A DNA stretch of 58,722 bases, counting the filler, from Sphacelaria rigidula (Eukaryota): assembly GCA_964200075.2 (NCBI GenBank). It is 9 parts of 9 records of this genome, joined end to end, with 100 filler letters (N's around TTAATTAATTAA, not from the genome) between each part and the next. Parts side by side here need not be neighbours in the genome. Positions count along the whole stretch, not along the records: positions 1 to 6,437 come from CAXNAA020020073.1; positions 6,538 to 12,973 come from CAXNAA020020074.1; positions 13,074 to 19,509 come from CAXNAA020020075.1; 6 more parts are not named here. One strand, written 5' to 3'. The number at the start of each line of letters is the position of its first letter. Position 1 is the first letter of the stretch. The notes beneath the pieces were generated by a model. The model was given only the letters and a program-made list of their open reading frames with translations, was not told the origin of the DNA and ran no database searches. Position numbers and translations under genes: made by a program. Below are positions 1 through 14,274 of the stretch, one piece after another.

Positions 1-55
1 ATTATCATTATCATTATCATTACTATTATTATTAAATATTATTTTATTATTATTG
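1..55. repeat. (ATT/ATC)n low-complexity microsatellite in the SDR intron
   Basis: attatcattatcattatcattactattattatt... Confidence 0.8.
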
Positions 56-216
56 TTCTTTCATAGGTAATGTGTGACAATCAACCAATCAGCGAGTGAA
101 ATTATCGATGGGATGCGCGGATGATTTATTGTGCTGGACTTCAACAACTACTCTCCTTTCCTCCGTCTCACTTCTTTTTCTTTTTTGTCATTTTCGGGTG
201 GGGGTATGGAGGACAG

Positions 217-372
217 GGTGATAAGATCGTGAACGCCATTCCAAAGAGACGTCTCGGGGATCCAAAGGAACTGGAAGGGTTGCTCCTACTCATGGCCTCG
301 GAAAATGCTTCAAGCTACATGACGGGGTCCGTTGTTAACCTAGACGGGGGCATCGCACTCAGCAATTTGTGA
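217..372 (+). CDS. Terminal coding exon of a short-chain dehydrogenase/reductase (FabG-like C-terminus); upstream exons lie outside the window
   Basis: A pyrimidine tract (about 150-195) and CAG acceptor (214-216) precede GDKIVNAIPKRRLGDPKELEGLLLLMASENASSYMTGSVVNLDGGIALSNL-stop. This matches the classical SDR C-terminal pattern (IPxxRxGxPxE...L.S..SSYxTG....DGG). Confidence 0.85.
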   Translation, partial: GDKIVNAIPKRRLGDPKELEGLLLLMASENASSYMTGSVVNLDGGIALSNL

Positions 373-1040
373 TCCAGTGGCGGGGACGGGGGCGCCATAT
401 CCAATTCGTTCTGGGGGGGGGGGGGAAAGTCACGTTTTAGTTATATTGTTCAACTTGAATGAGAGATCCTTTTGGTACGAAGTTGTCTCGATCGTAGTGC
501 AGTTAGTGCCTTGGTCGCAGTGAAGAGGGGGAGACGAATATGTGTGTGTGTGTGTGTGACGGGGCAAGGAAGTGTTCCCACCCACCTCCCTTTTGAGGGT
601 TAGCGTCGCTTGGTAACGACGCTGTAAGATACGCCACTCATTGCGTAAGCAAGGCAACAAGGTGACCGTTTATTTCCTTCACTCGCATTTTTTTGCGGTA
701 ACCATGATGATGGTCTAGTTGGATGGTATTGTGCGGGGTGGAAGAAGTTCAACTCCGCGCGAAGGGGATAATCGTACTACGAAGTGTTCAAATGGCGGGA
801 CACCCAAGAGGCAGTGCAACCAGTGGCTGTCTCTGGAAGTGGCGGTACCAGAAAATTAAGCAACTCATTGTAGGCTGTCATCCAAATGTAAGATAATCAG
901 TAAGCTTCGGGCCGAACATCTTGGTGAGATGCAGCTCACCCTTCATGCGAATCGCCGAACACACCACGGCGCTTTGCGCTTGGTGACTGATCGCGAGCGT
1001 GGTCCGGCTACTACGTAGCGTGCTCCGCTTCGGCTTTGCA

Positions 1041-1155
1041 GGGGTGCGAGGTCAACGGTCTTATGCCTATGGTATGCAAGATCATTTGTAGGGGTGCGAG
1101 GTCAACGGTCTTACGACTTTGATATGCAAGACCATGAATACAGCTCTACCCCCTC
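1041..1155 (+). mobile_element. Two tandem short copies of the LINE 3'-terminal motif (variant B)
   Basis: ggggtgcgaggtcaacggtctta...tatgcaaga(t/c)cat occurs at 1041 and 1091. It matches the reverse complement of the copies near 25975-26045, 47400-47460 and 56415-56475, and ends in a C-rich run. Confidence 0.65.
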
Positions 1156-4100
1156 CCAAGATTTTAGAGGAGGCGTGTCTATAGTGATTCTGTTTGGTGA
1201 GAGGCCGTACGCGTCACGCTTTGTACAGTATTCGAGGGCTTGGGACGGTGTTGCTCACCAGATGAACGTGCTACTCGTACACTGTGGAGTGGTGTTGGCA
1301 ACATTCTCGTGTGAGAAGATCCGATACACCGTTGTTGTTAGTCTTGCACATTCGGGAATATAGAATGTAAAGTTCTTTTTCTTGCACGCTTTCCCTGCCA
1401 CGTGGGGTAAATACGATTCGTCAACAAGTCGGTATTGATTGTTCTTCCGTGAGTTTTGAGTTTGAGTGCCACACGAACCGAAGCGATGGTTAGTTATTTG
1501 GAATCACCAACCACCTCAATAAGTCGAACACGAGCTTATTTTGACCTCAACCAAATTATAATTGTTGTGTGCAGTATTACCCGCCACGTGTTTTGTACAT
1601 TATGAGAGAGGGTTGGATGTCGGCACTGTTCACAGGTATTGTTAACACGATCTCACGTGACCCCCCGGGTGCAAGTGTGCACGGGGAAAAACGCAGAGCC
1701 ATCCTACGGTGGGTCGGGAGGGGGGGTATTTAGTCCAGCGAAACAAGGGGGTTTTATCGTGTGATGTGGGTTGTTGACAAGAGGAGTATATGTACCCAAC
1801 TCGCTGCTTGCAACAACGCTTCAAACGACTCCTTCGCGCTAGAAGAGCCCCAAGATGCCGCCCCCCCCCCCCCCACCCCCCCCCACCGCCGCCCCCCAAC
1901 CCGCCCCACCCCGTCCGGAAAAACAGAAGCCGACACCCACTCCCCCCCCNNNNNNNNNNCCCCCCCGGTCGTAGGACAGGATGACTCCAAATTGGCTCCT
2001 CCTTTGTGGAAAAAATGGCCCAGAATACCCTCCCCCCCCATCATCGGATGGCTCCGCATCCCGCGGAAAATCAAGTAACAGCTCGACGTTGGTTTCCATC
2101 GTTCTCGAGTATCCATGGTGACTGTAGCCGTCCCGAACATTTGGATGCCGACAATCCCTCCTGCATGGTCGTCGATTCAGCTGCAACACAATCCATAACG
2201 TATGAGTAGATGGACGACAGTTTGGATGCGGGCGTTTACGGCGGGAGGTGGTGTAAATAGCGCGTTTCGGTGAAGGCATGGGGAGGATGACACGCTCGCA
2301 TTCATTGATCATGCGTCATGCGTGCTGCTGGTACAAAGATTTCTTCGTTAACCGTGACCACCATGAACACAATGAAAAAGAGTAAAAGCAGACAGCAGAT
2401 GATTGATGATGAAAAAAAAGGCATGTGTGTAGGTGTTACACAATTGTCAGAACAACGAGTTGAAGAAGTGATGAACAAGGTACAGGGACATACACTGTTG
2501 GTGGACAGCACTACGTTAAATAGTCTTGCGCTGACGAATTTACCACGAGCGATGACACGCAACTTGATATTTTGCCTATTACTATAATACTGCCATGTAC
2601 AATATTTTAGTATATGTGTTGGACCGCGGCGCGCCCCGGTCGTCTGATGGGTACTGCAATTCTGATATTGCCGTGAAAGAGGGGGTGATAGCACAGGTCG
2701 AAGTTATCACACCCCTGTGCGATAAAAGTCCGAGTTGGGAATTACATAGCCCTTTTGGTACTGTTGATGGAAAAGTGTGGATTTCGATATGCTGTTTTTT
2801 TCACCACAACATGGTTGAGTATTCGAGTATTTTTTCAGCAGCTTCGACTCGAAACTAATAGCCTGAGTCGTGTTTTCCTAGCCCGTGTAAAACCATGCCC
2901 CGGTGGCGCACGGGAGCTCCGTATATGGAAAACAAACAGATGACGCCGAATTTGTTTGTATGTGCTGATCTTGGCTGTGTGCACAATATGCCGGTGGTTT
3001 TTTTTGTGGCCTTCGGTCGTGCTCTCGTTTTTTCTTCTTTCCATCTTTTCTTCCTCGGCAGCAGTGCTTGAAAGAATGAGGTGTCAACCCCGGGGACGGA
3101 AGGGGAAGGTCCCCAAAGGGTCAATTAGGCTTTCGCAGAGGGGTGTGATGACTCCGACCAACATCCCATTTCCGAGCGTGAGGTTTCGTGCTGTCGCCTT
3201 CGATATCGCACGTACGATAGATATGGTACAACAGCAGCGTTCTCACACGAGTTCGGTGACCCTGATCAACATCCCATTTTCGAGCGTCAATTTTCATGAT
3301 GTCGACTGTTGCTCCGGGGTACATACCCAGTACCTGTTCAGTATCGCACGTCTGGGAGCAAAGGTATAGTAGCAATGTATATTTCACACTCGTCAGTCAG
3401 CGTTAAAACATATTAAAACTAATGATTCGACTCGATTTCCGGAAAGGGATGCCATCGTTAGAACGAAATCGCGGTAATAACCGAAGGAGTGGAATATTCA
3501 TCGTAGAATAATGAATATAGCTAATGTACTGTATAGCTCGTATTCAGAAAGTCAAGCATATTGTCAGACTATTGAAGGGTTGAGTACGAAGAGTCGAAGA
3601 TATCAACAGTTTGGATAAACAGCTTCATAGTGGGGACATTGTTTCAAAAAGGGATCGTACGCTGTGCGATGACTAGCAATCCCACGGCGATATTACCTAA
3701 GTTGAAGGGGGTGCAGCGGGTTCAATTCCAGCAAGAGATGCAATTGGGCTTTTCCCTGACACTCATATATCTGACTCGTCGTAAAAAACGCGAGGACGTG
3801 GGTAGGGGAGAGCCGACGTGGTGCGCGGGGGTGCCGTTTCAACACACAAAAACAATCTTGATGTGGGGCATATATGTGCAACGGGGGAGAGGTCGACTGA
3901 TCCCCCATTACCACCGACTGACTCGTTCCGACCAAGGAAGGAGAGGGGTGAGAAGTGTGACGAAAAAAAGTGCTCAAACTATTCCCGTGTTGATTCGCTG
4001 GATCGTGTGCACGCTCTCTCGATTCAATCTAAACCATGTCGCGTGTGAGTACATGAAACGACGTAACTCGAATCCAGCCTTGTCGTGTGGCCTTTTTCAG

Positions 4101-6437
4101 CACACGACTGCTGGAAGCGATGACGAGGTGTTTTCTCACGGGAACGAACAAGAGACGAGCAAGTTGGTCACGACAATGAGTTTGTCATCTCAGGAGCAAA
4201 AAAGCAACATTGAACACAACCATGCCAAGTCGAGTACTGTCGGCAGAACCCCATCTTCCCTGTTGTTTTCTTGTATGCTCGTGACACAGCTGCAACGCGC
4301 ACGCTCAGCACACCCATGTCACGATAAATACCTCGCGCACATAACAATATTCGACTAGCCTCGACACATCTTTCTCGTTGCAGTTCCTACCCGGCCCATC
4401 TGTTGCATTATTTGACCTAGAAAACCGTACCCTACCCTACCGTATCGTACGCACTACTCATAGTATCGCGTACAACAACAATTGCATTGCTCCTTTCTTA
4501 ACGTTTGTAATTGATTTTTCGACAGGATGTAGTTTGTATCCTGGACCGACAACCCCCCCAGCGCTTCAACTCCTTGTTCTAAACACAGTCCAGCGGGTCC
4601 GAAAGCTCAAATCTCGTTCACAACGATGACACCGTTTCATGCCCATATCCCAGCATACGAAGGGAGAGATCCACTAAACACGAGACGTATTTCCCGGGTG
4701 AAGTTCCCCGGTAGAAGCAGAATATAATCACAACAGCCGTGTGCTCTTTTCCGAGGTGAATCCATCGAAAAGCAACCCCCTCCTCCTCAAGAACATGGGA
4801 ACGCGATGCGAGGTGTGCACTACCTACCAACCTACCGGGGTAAAGCGAAGTAAACGTGCACGTGCTAAGCGAAAAAGATGACGAGTTTGAACACGCCACG
4901 CCATGTTCCAAAATGCTGCACACAGAAAAACGTTCTCCTTACCCCCACAAAATGATCCAACCACCCATCACCCACCCTCCGGCCTTCCCGTCGAACCCGC
5001 CGTTCCAACACTACAAGAGTCACTAAAAAACACAGACACAGACACAGACATATAAACACATACACGCTATGCCGCAGCAACAATGGAACAGCGCACTGCA
5101 CACAAAAAAGTAAACATACCACAACAACAGCTACAACAACAGGGGGTGGGGTGTGATGGGTGGGGGTGGACAGGGTCGTCGACAATCCCCAACAAGTCTC
5201 GTCTGCTACGTAGTCGCTAACCGGGTGACGATGGATGCATCGCTCACTGTGTCCCTATATCGATCGTATTATTCCATTGAGAGGTCCACGATAGGAGGCA
5301 GGCCCTGATCACGCCGAAGACGGTTGGCAACGTGGAACGCCAACTCCAACGACTGCTTGCCGTTCAGCCTGGAAACGAAGAGCGAGGACCATTCACGAGA
5401 GCGGGTAGAGAAGGAGGACAAGATTTGTGAGGCGAAAACGTAAATGGCTCGGACTACACGAAAGGAACGGCCGAAGGATGCAAGCGCTGGGAAGGCTCTC
5501 GAAGTTCCTTTGTGCCATAAGTAAAGTCCGTCATGATGGACAGATCATATATCGCCAGCAGAGTTACCCACGATGTTAAGGTTGGGTTTTTGAAAAAGCG
5601 GTTCATGTCCTAATGCTCGCGAAATATATATTTACATATATATATATATATATCTGAGCCGAAATTACTGAGAATTAGTGGGGCAAACATGACCAAATTT
5701 CGCACTTCTGTACATTGTCAGCCGAATTTCGACGAATTTGACGTGTTTAGAGTAATTGAAGGCTGCAATGTGAACGAGTGGTTTCGGACTATGCGAAGCT
5801 ATCGTATGCCAACTATGAACCGAAGAAAAAGAGCCAGTTACGTTTTTTTTTGGCGATTTTTGCCGTTTTTTGGCTGCCAGGATTCATCTCTGTTGTGGAA
5901 AACGGGCGAAATATGGCCAATTTTGAGCCGACTGATCGCCTATCGACAATTCGCGTACGCTGGCTGCTGCACAAACAGGAGAAAAGAAGACGCGATCCAA
6001 CCACCCCCCCCGAAAATTTCAAAAACAAATATCACCGGTTGAGGGTCCGTGTGATCATAACGGACTTTACTCATGGCACAGAGGAGGAATGCATCTGCAG
6101 GTTAGGTCAATGGAGGAAACCCCTGGTGAATCAGCTGCAAGTCATTTCTTACGCCGCTCACTACTGTCGAAACCCGCGCTACATCATTTCCTACGCTCTG
6201 GACCCGATCATGGTGGCCATACTAATCTCCTTGCTTCACCAGTCTTTCCCTGTTCTTGTCTTTCTTTCTCTTCTCACTTCCTTTCTTTCGGTGTACATTT
6301 TTGACAGATCTGGCGGTTGTGTGTGTGTCTGTGTGTTCTTTCTTTACTCTCCCCGTTGAACTCGGGGAAGCTACGAGCTGGGCCAGCCTAGAGGCTGCAT
6401 GAACGTTTGCAGGCGGATGCACCGGCCAATATTTGGA

Positions 6438-6537
6438 NNNNNNNNNNNNNNNNNNNNNNNNNNNNNNNNNNNNNNNNNNNNTTAATTAATTAANNNNNNN
6501 NNNNNNNNNNNNNNNNNNNNNNNNNNNNNNNNNNNNN
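6438..6537. other. Artificial contig-join linker N44-TTAATTAATTAA-N44
   Basis: An identical 100-bp linker recurs eight times at 6535-6536 bp spacing, and its core contains stops in all frames. Confidence 0.98.
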
Positions 6538-8859
6538 TATCCCTCTCAGCGTACAATACAGGTGTGTATCGAGCCTGCGAGCCAATCACAAGCATTTTTC
6601 ACTACATATTTCACTACGAAGATCGCATTTAATTGGCGCTAGATTCCGCCGATTCCTCACGGAAGGGCTTCTGATTGGTTAAATTTCACATTTCACTACA
6701 AACGTTTATCCCCATGTATGGGCGTTGTGCCCAACTAACCCATAACGTGCGTCGAGTGAACACCAGGGTGTCAGACCCCGGACGGTACTCAAAAGTACAC
6801 ATCCTACCCTATCTGCCCTTGAAAGAATCTTTCTGCGCCATGCAGCATGTTGCTGTAGTCGTCGCTAGATCTAGATTATGTGTAGTACAGTGAGATGTGA
6901 TGCTTTGGACTCCCGTATCGACAGAACATCAGCAATGTTGTTCTGTACCGTACTGTCAGATACTGCGCACGGGCTGTCGAGCTCGGTGCGGCGGTAAGCA
7001 TTTCGGAACAATTTCCGTGGGCTACTACGTTGCACATCTTTTCGCAGCAATAAAACGGACGACATGGACAGCTTGCCCTGCCTGCCGTCAAGCCCTCGAG
7101 ACTAGTCCTAAGGCTAAATCGTCTCTAGGTAGGATCTTTTGACCATCGGCCCTGAATTTTCGCTGGGGGCATCTTCTGTACGAATCACACAGTAGGGTAA
7201 TAGTGGCCAGTTCCGGACACGCACCGCGTTTTGAGGTCGTGATGGAACACTTGCATCCGTACGGCGCTTGAACAAGGGTTGGGGTCTATGTGCAACGCAC
7301 ACTGCACTACTACAGTGACTTGTCTCCTGACGGGAAGACAAACATGGGATGCAAACATGAACCATGATACAGTAACCACGTATATGGCTACAGTACAGTA
7401 CAATGAGGTAAAATAGAGGGGGGGGAAACACTGTTCCATCCACACATGCAACACAGGCATCCTGGGTTTGCATACAACACAAATACCCGCCATCCTCTTC
7501 CGTCAGCAAGTGATCGAAAACGGCGTGAAGGCGGCAAACCTACCACAAGCATGTCAGCCGAAAAAACGAGAGCTATTCCCCCTTCCCACACGACGCACAG
7601 ACACGAACATCACACAGCTTCCAGCGCACCTTGATGACGCAAGGAGACACCCCACCCTCCGGCAAAACCTCGCACCGCAACGATGCCACTCCACCGCCAC
7701 CGCCGCGGTCGAGGCCGCTGACCCTCCCTGCAATACATTGGCTCCTACTCCCAAGCCCTGCTAACCCCCACGACAACCTTGGTGTTGTTGCCGTTGTCGT
7801 TGTTACCGTTGTCGCTCGGGTCAGCGCGAAAGATGAGCTACACAAAGGAGCACAAGGTAGAACAAACGCTGTAGCCATTGGCACGACGCCGACGACCGCC
7901 GCTATTGCCACTCCTGCCGCTGCTGCTGCTGTTGCTGTTGTTAACGTTGCGGCAGCTCTGCCGCCTCGGCGCCGCTCAAGCGAGCAACACACCATCTTTT
8001 AAAGCGCACGAACCAGATGATATCGTGGCCTGATTACTGCAGGTACTGCAATTTCTTCACCGTGCTTTAGTTAGATTCCAGGCCTTTCTGGGGGAAGATA
8101 CCGGGAGGCGTAGCGGGTAGCCGGGCAGAGGTCAGAGCAGTCCGCCCTCGCGTTGATCTGTGTGTAAATTTGACCTGGGGTGCAAACAGCTAACACGCAC
8201 ACTGAAAAAAAAAACGACGGCTGGTGGTATCGGTCAATTTTTTTCATGTGATCAGCCCTACTGTTCAGACCCGAGGTCGATAGATAGTAGGATCCCCGGG
8301 CGCACATACAAACGAGGCAAGCATCACTCCCCAGGTGGAGGGGCGTCACTGCAGTGGCGGGCTGCAGATGTTACTATCTCCCACGCTCATGGAAATACAT
8401 ACATCAGCATTCCTACATGGATACGAAAAAATCTGCGCACGGCGTGACATAGTAAAGCAAAAATATTCACGGGTAAATTACAACGTTTTCGTGAGATTGA
8501 GAGTAGAGCGCTGATTGAGAGTGGCTTTCATCTTTCACTCCACGTTGACCAATTTTCTATTCCTTGTGTGTGTTTTCTTCGCCTCTATCACTAGCCGGTG
8601 CTTACAGCTACACGTTGATATCCGTCTCGGGGATATCAAGGGCCTCAGTGGGAAGCTACTACAGAAAGTATACAGTACCGATCGTTTCCTCCACAGTAGT
8701 AGTGGATGGTCTAACTATTAATTTCGCGGCATTTTGGGATTTTTTCGTGATGGGTGGATTTTCTTGGGCTCTATTCGCTCGCCACCCCTCATCACATCGG
8801 GGATGTAAATATCTTTGTATCCGCTTAACATTCCAAGAAGGAAAAATCATCCGTACTCA

Positions 8860-9240
8860 ATATTGAGTGACTTACGGGCTGTCATCAGGGGTCCTGCCAC
8901 GTTTCAGCCCAGATTCTCACTCTTCTGTATTTTCGGTCAATCGAGCACGTCCCGATCAAATTTGCAAAATGTGTACAGTTTCATTTTCTTTTAAATCTGC
9001 CTACTCAGTGCACTAGGGCCGAAAAACTGTGGTTCACGGTCAATAACACCCTTCTGGTAAACGGGGTATTTACTCATTTCGCCCGATAACACCAGCTAAT
9101 ACTGACTTCGGCACTGTGTTTCCAAGATCTGTTTTGCTGTACCAAAATCTACCAACCCCGGCAATTTCGAGCTCTGTCGAAAAGTAGTGCGCGAGGAAAA
9201 TTCCAAAACACCCCTAAATAGTTAGACTGCCCACTACCGT
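8860..9240. repeat. Dispersed repeat family X (uninterrupted copy)
   Basis: Aligns by eye to the reverse complement of 22812-23140 plus 23822-23890, and directly to about 48260-48630 (e.g. cacggtcaataacaccc, aaacggggtat, tgtaccaaaatctacc). Confidence 0.8.
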
Positions 9241-12200
9241 ACTCTCAGTCTCTCACGAGAAAATTGTTTAGTGTGCTCCAGACGTCTTGTTGATTAAAAG
9301 CAAGATATTACCTCGTTTCTTGCAAATCCACTAAACCTTCGTTTTGTGCATTTTTCGATGTGTATAATCTGGCCCCTAGGGGTGCCCTCAGGGAGGGAAA
9401 GGTAAATCCACTCCGGCGGACCCCATACAACCGCACCTTCGTTATCAGCTATGTTGTTATATCGAAACGTGTGTTATATATTGTTGTCCACTGTCCAGGG
9501 TGTGATTTTTTTGCATATCATCTCATCTTCATCGGGACGAATCGGTCCTCTCAAGGTGTCATCGCATCTCTCCCCCGTTACCTGCTACCCGTCTTGCATC
9601 TTGCACTTCATCAGGCTTTGGATCACCACCTCCGTAGCCCGTAGATCTTGAAGTAAAATTCTCCAACAACTTTTGTCCCCACGTCATCACCAACCAGCGA
9701 AAATAACTCACATCATCCACCCCCGGAATTACAGAGGACTAAATCCGCCCAAAATCAGTTGAAAGTAGTACTGTAGTAGCAGTAGGTCATAGGAGTATTT
9801 GACATGGGACCTTCACGACAGAAGCGTGACGATATACCTCTTGTACCGTATTTTTCGACACACACGGATTTCGTCGTACTGTATATGCATGCATGCGCAC
9901 ACGAGTGCGTGTGTGCCACCACGCCGTTCTCATGCGGGCATCGTGCGATCGAACACGCACCATCGATGGATACCACGTACAAGGCGGTGAGGAAACGAAC
10001 GGTCACTGTGTCGGCGTACTCCAATTCAACCAATCATAGATTCATGCCGCGATAGCCACCCCCCAAAAAACCCAGCCCCAAAACAGTCACAAGGAATGGC
10101 CACACAGCGCATGACAGCTGGTTTCAAACTGCATGAAGCGCCTGATATTGACGACATTGGCGAAAAAGACCCCAAGAGCGGAAGCTCCCAACCGCTCGGT
10201 GTGCTCGGCTGTTGTCACTTTGATGTACATGTACATTTTGCCTCCTCAACCCAGCCACTGTTGTGGAGGGGTGCTATCGCGGCATCAGTCCATATATACC
10301 TGGACGATATGCTGGAAAGATGTCCAGTTCCTTGCTCGAGCACGGACAATCGATGATGTACAACAAAATATGTCCACCATCAGTTTTGAAGAACTGTTAC
10401 GTATCTCGCCTCACGTCATTTAGATGAGACGCGCCGGTCGGATGGTGGAGCAAGATAAAAAAACGAAGGTATCCAGTTGCAAGCATATCTGATCAAGACC
10501 ACAATAGAATAACGGAACATGGCACATATCAACACAAACAGTAAACGGAACGGCGCAACAAACATCACGAACAAACGACTGGGTCAGCCCACTTCGCGCA
10601 CGGTACTCTTCAAGTAAAGATCTAGCACACGTACCATCTATTGCTCAGTAAAAAACGGCGCGCCGCGCTTTGTGCTCTGCGCTTGGCAGACTGGTATTTG
10701 CTGCCCCTCGCACCTTACAGCCACCTTACCTCTCTCAATTTGATATTTGTAGTATGCATCCACACCTCAAGCGCATAATCCACACACAGGCTGTACAGTA
10801 TAAGTACTAGAACAAAAATATCGCCAGCAGCACAACTACCAAACAAACGAACCGCCAACTCCGAAATAAATGTCATGCAGTACCGTCTCTCCCTTCGCCC
10901 CGTCAGACAACGCATCGCATCATATTTCACAACACGGCCAACAGTAAAAATCGCAAAACTAGTAGCGGCTGTTTGTGTGTGCTCGAGTACCCAAGACAAA
11001 AAGTTTATCTACTGCGACGCAGAGGGGGGAAAGTGCCGAAACGAGAAAATAATCAACGAGGAAACCTGTTGCGCTCCCAACTGCTGTGAGACATGCAACA
11101 ACGCCTACCCAAGTAGAGAGCAAAAAACTCCGCGATCCTACAGCAGGTGAAACACAGAACAATACTCTCCGACGACAAAACTTGAAGAACACTGCTGATA
11201 TTTATAACTGCACTGAAAATTGTGACTCTTCTCAGGAAAGAAGAAAAAGTGTTAGTCAAAACTCACCCTCGCCCACAGTTAGTCCTTCACCTTCTGCTGC
11301 GCTTGACTGCAAAACAACGGCGAGTGTTTTCACGACCACATGCGGCAGCAAGCAAGGATCTGAGGCCACTACACTGAATACAACGAAGATCGTGGACCTC
11401 CTCCAACCAGGGCAAACCCCACAAGCGGGACTACCTAGGGCCGTTCGAAGTGGGTGAAGCACACATATCGACAGAACAAACGACCAAAAGGAGTGTCTAT
11501 TTCGGTGCGTTTACCCCGATTCGGGGTCTCGAAAAAACAACGAAAAAGGAACACAACACAAACACACAAACCAAGAGAACCGAAAACGCCAACACGGGAT
11601 GAGATACATCCCCGGACTTTCGTGTCAACCAGGCCAAAAATCGAAAAAAAAAAAATAGCGGTATAGAACACGGAAAAATTCTAAAAAAAGGCACGGAAAC
11701 ATGCTCTCTCACACAAAGGACGCCGGCCCTTAAAATACAATAAAAAAACATGTAATTCCGTCATAGCTTGTCGTAAATGTCCACGTATTGCCCTGAATCT
11801 GTTCGTTGGTAAGCCTTGTTACCAAAGCTGTCTTCCGTTGCCATCAAATCTTTGCCCGACATGGCAGTCCCTTTATTTCTGTCAAAGACACAGGTAAGAA
11901 GAGAGGTTGGTTTCCAGCAGGCACCGCACAAGATTAAACGACGTCAATATTATTCAAGCTGAAGCGGAAAGTAGCGGCGGGGAAGGGGGGAGGAAGATGG
12001 AAAGGTGGCGGATAATCTCAGCAATGCCTTGTGGGACAACGAGATACGACAGATGACAGATCCAACCTGGCGGACTCAGCCGCAAACTCATAAGCTATGC
12101 AACACGTAAAACTTGCTTCTCCTTTCCCGTCCATATCGCGCAGAGCCTCATGGAACACCTACAATAAGGTACGAACCCCCCCAAAACTTATGCTACGGAA

Positions 12201-12877
12201 GAGAGGTCACATACACGCGAAGGTACCCGCAGTTCGGGGCAGCGTAAAAGTCGAACTGAAAAACTGCTGTCATCTTTGCTCACCCAGCGAGACCGCCCGG
12301 CAGCGCCACCTTCTTCTCTGCTCGCACAGATACGTCCCCTAGTAATCCCCAACGCGCCTTGCCGGCCCCCGACCACTCCCACCCGCTTGGAGTTTCACAA
12401 AGAGGGAGAGGGTCGTCGTACCTGAAAAAGGTGGAGCCGGTATACGAGATGTTAGAACCGTGAGGGAGGCAGGCCGTGGGTGATCAATGCCACTACCTTT
12501 CAGATTCCTATTTGTGTGTGTCTTCTGTCTCCGTCCCTCCCTCTGACGCCGCTATTGACACAAATCTAATACTGTACGGTCAGTCAACCAGACGTCTGTA
12601 GTTGTTCGACAACTGAGCATATCGCATCGGAACTTGTAGATTGTGTTATCGCTACTTGTTTGTAGCCATGCCCCGTACTCTGCAGAGCAACGTGAATGGT
12701 ATACTCCCCGAGTTGGAGGTCCTTGGTACCTGGAGTACGCCATGTCTGTGGTCTGCTGCTTGGGGCAGCCGATGTCTTCCTCGGTCTCGACTAATACTTC
12801 GAGTCGTACTTCGGGTTACCACGCTGAAGCAGTCCGCCCACATGTATTGTCACCCGAGTTACGGCAATGACCTATCT

Positions 12878-12920
<43 letters not shown>

Positions 12921-12973
12921 ACCCCCACCCCCCCCCCTCCCCCCCGCCTTCTTCCTCTCTTTCCCCTCCCCCC

Positions 12974-13073
12974 NNNNNNNNNNNNNNNNNNNNNNNNNNN
13001 NNNNNNNNNNNNNNNNNTTAATTAATTAANNNNNNNNNNNNNNNNNNNNNNNNNNNNNNNNNNNNNNNNNNNN
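12974..13073. other. Artificial contig-join linker
   Basis: N44-TTAATTAATTAA-N44. Confidence 0.98.
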
Positions 13074-13362
13074 GGGGGACCTGGATCTGCCGGAAAGAAT
13101 CGAGAGATATACCAGTCGTCGAGTGGAGGAGGAAGTGGATGCACGGAATTGCCCCTGTGGCAAAGCAATAGAGAGCAGGGCTCATATAGTGTCAGAATGT
13201 AAACTATACAAGAAGGAACACAGGACGTGCTATAGGGGGAAATGCAAGACGTGGACGAAGGTAGCATGGAATCGTTTGATGCACTAGACAGTAGCGAGAG
13301 AACGATGGCTATATGAGGATATATATGGCGGCCACAGACGGCGAAACAGGACGGGGATAAGA
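13074..13362 (+). mobile_element. Non-LTR retrotransposon ORF2 C-terminal fragment with CCHC zinc knuckle (degenerate)
   Basis: The frame from 13075 reads GDLDLPERIERYTSRRVEEEVDARNCPCGKAIESRAHIVSECKLYK (C-x-C-x8-H-x4-C). It is nearly identical to the reverse complement of 19221-19509. Confidence 0.7.
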
Positions 13363-13816
13363 TGGTGGTCACAGACAAGGGGATATTGTCATTTCAATGT
13401 TTCTCATTTTTCTATTCGTTTCGAGCGGGTACATTCCCAGCTCTGCTCTCAACATTATCATCGGTTGATTTGGGGCATCCGAGTTTTCTCTTAGCTGCTG
13501 CCATCTGTACTGTTCCCGACTGCTTCACCCACTTCGCGTTTTCTTTTCATATTTCTCCTGCATATTATAGCTCCGGTGCAATCGCTTTCTGCAGAATTTT
13601 TTTTTTCCCGAGTGTCTAGGTGCGAGTCTCTTAGCATCACGTTCATCTTGCCTACCTGTGCCTTAATCTTTCCTACTAGCTATCTATGTGTGCATCCCAA
13701 CAACGCTTTTTATATCTCTGTCGCGGTTTGCGTTCTGATCTACGATCGCCATTCTCTCCTTTCCCCACTTTCACTTTGCTCTACCGGGCTCTCTTTATAT
13801 TTGCTGCATACAACAA

Positions 13817-14248
13817 AACACGTGATTTTACAAAGTGGGAACGGATTTTTCATTGGGGATGAGAGCCCGCAGGAGTAAAATATTCATACCCACACCACAT
13901 CTTCGAGATATGGTTCCATTTCTTCACTTGCTGGTAGCTATTGACAACTACTACACGCCGTACAAATTTGGATCTTGATAACCGGAATGTTGGGGTCCTA
14001 GGTGAAAAATCATTTGTGGGGAATGTTTGTGATCCGATCGAACTCCAAAATTGTTTTTTTTATATAGGACCCCAACATTTCGGTTATCGAAATCCAAATT
14101 TGTACGGCGTTTAGTAGTTGTTGATAGCTACCAGCAAGTGAAGAAATGGAATCATATTTCGAAGATTTGGTGTGGATACAAAGATTTTATTTCTCCGGGC
14201 TCTCATCTCCAATAAAAAATCCATCCCCAAATTGTAAAGTCACGTGTT
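13817..14248. mobile_element. Foldback/MITE-like element with about 184-bp imperfect inverted arms
   Basis: Arm 13817-14000 (aacacgtgattttacaa...gaatgttggggtccta) is the reverse complement of 14066-14248 (taggaccccaacatt...ttgtaaagtcacgtgtt), with a spacer of about 65 bp. Confidence 0.85.
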
Positions 14249-14274
14249 AACAGCGCATTTTTTCACGTACGTAT

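Noticed and set aside
2595..2858. DIAVKEGVIAQV resembles an amidohydrolase N-terminal strand
   Set aside because: The match is too short, and there are no supporting metal-binding motifs or neighbouring exons.
3630..4358. 242-aa ORF
   Set aside because: It has a non-ATG start, atypical composition and no recognisable domain.
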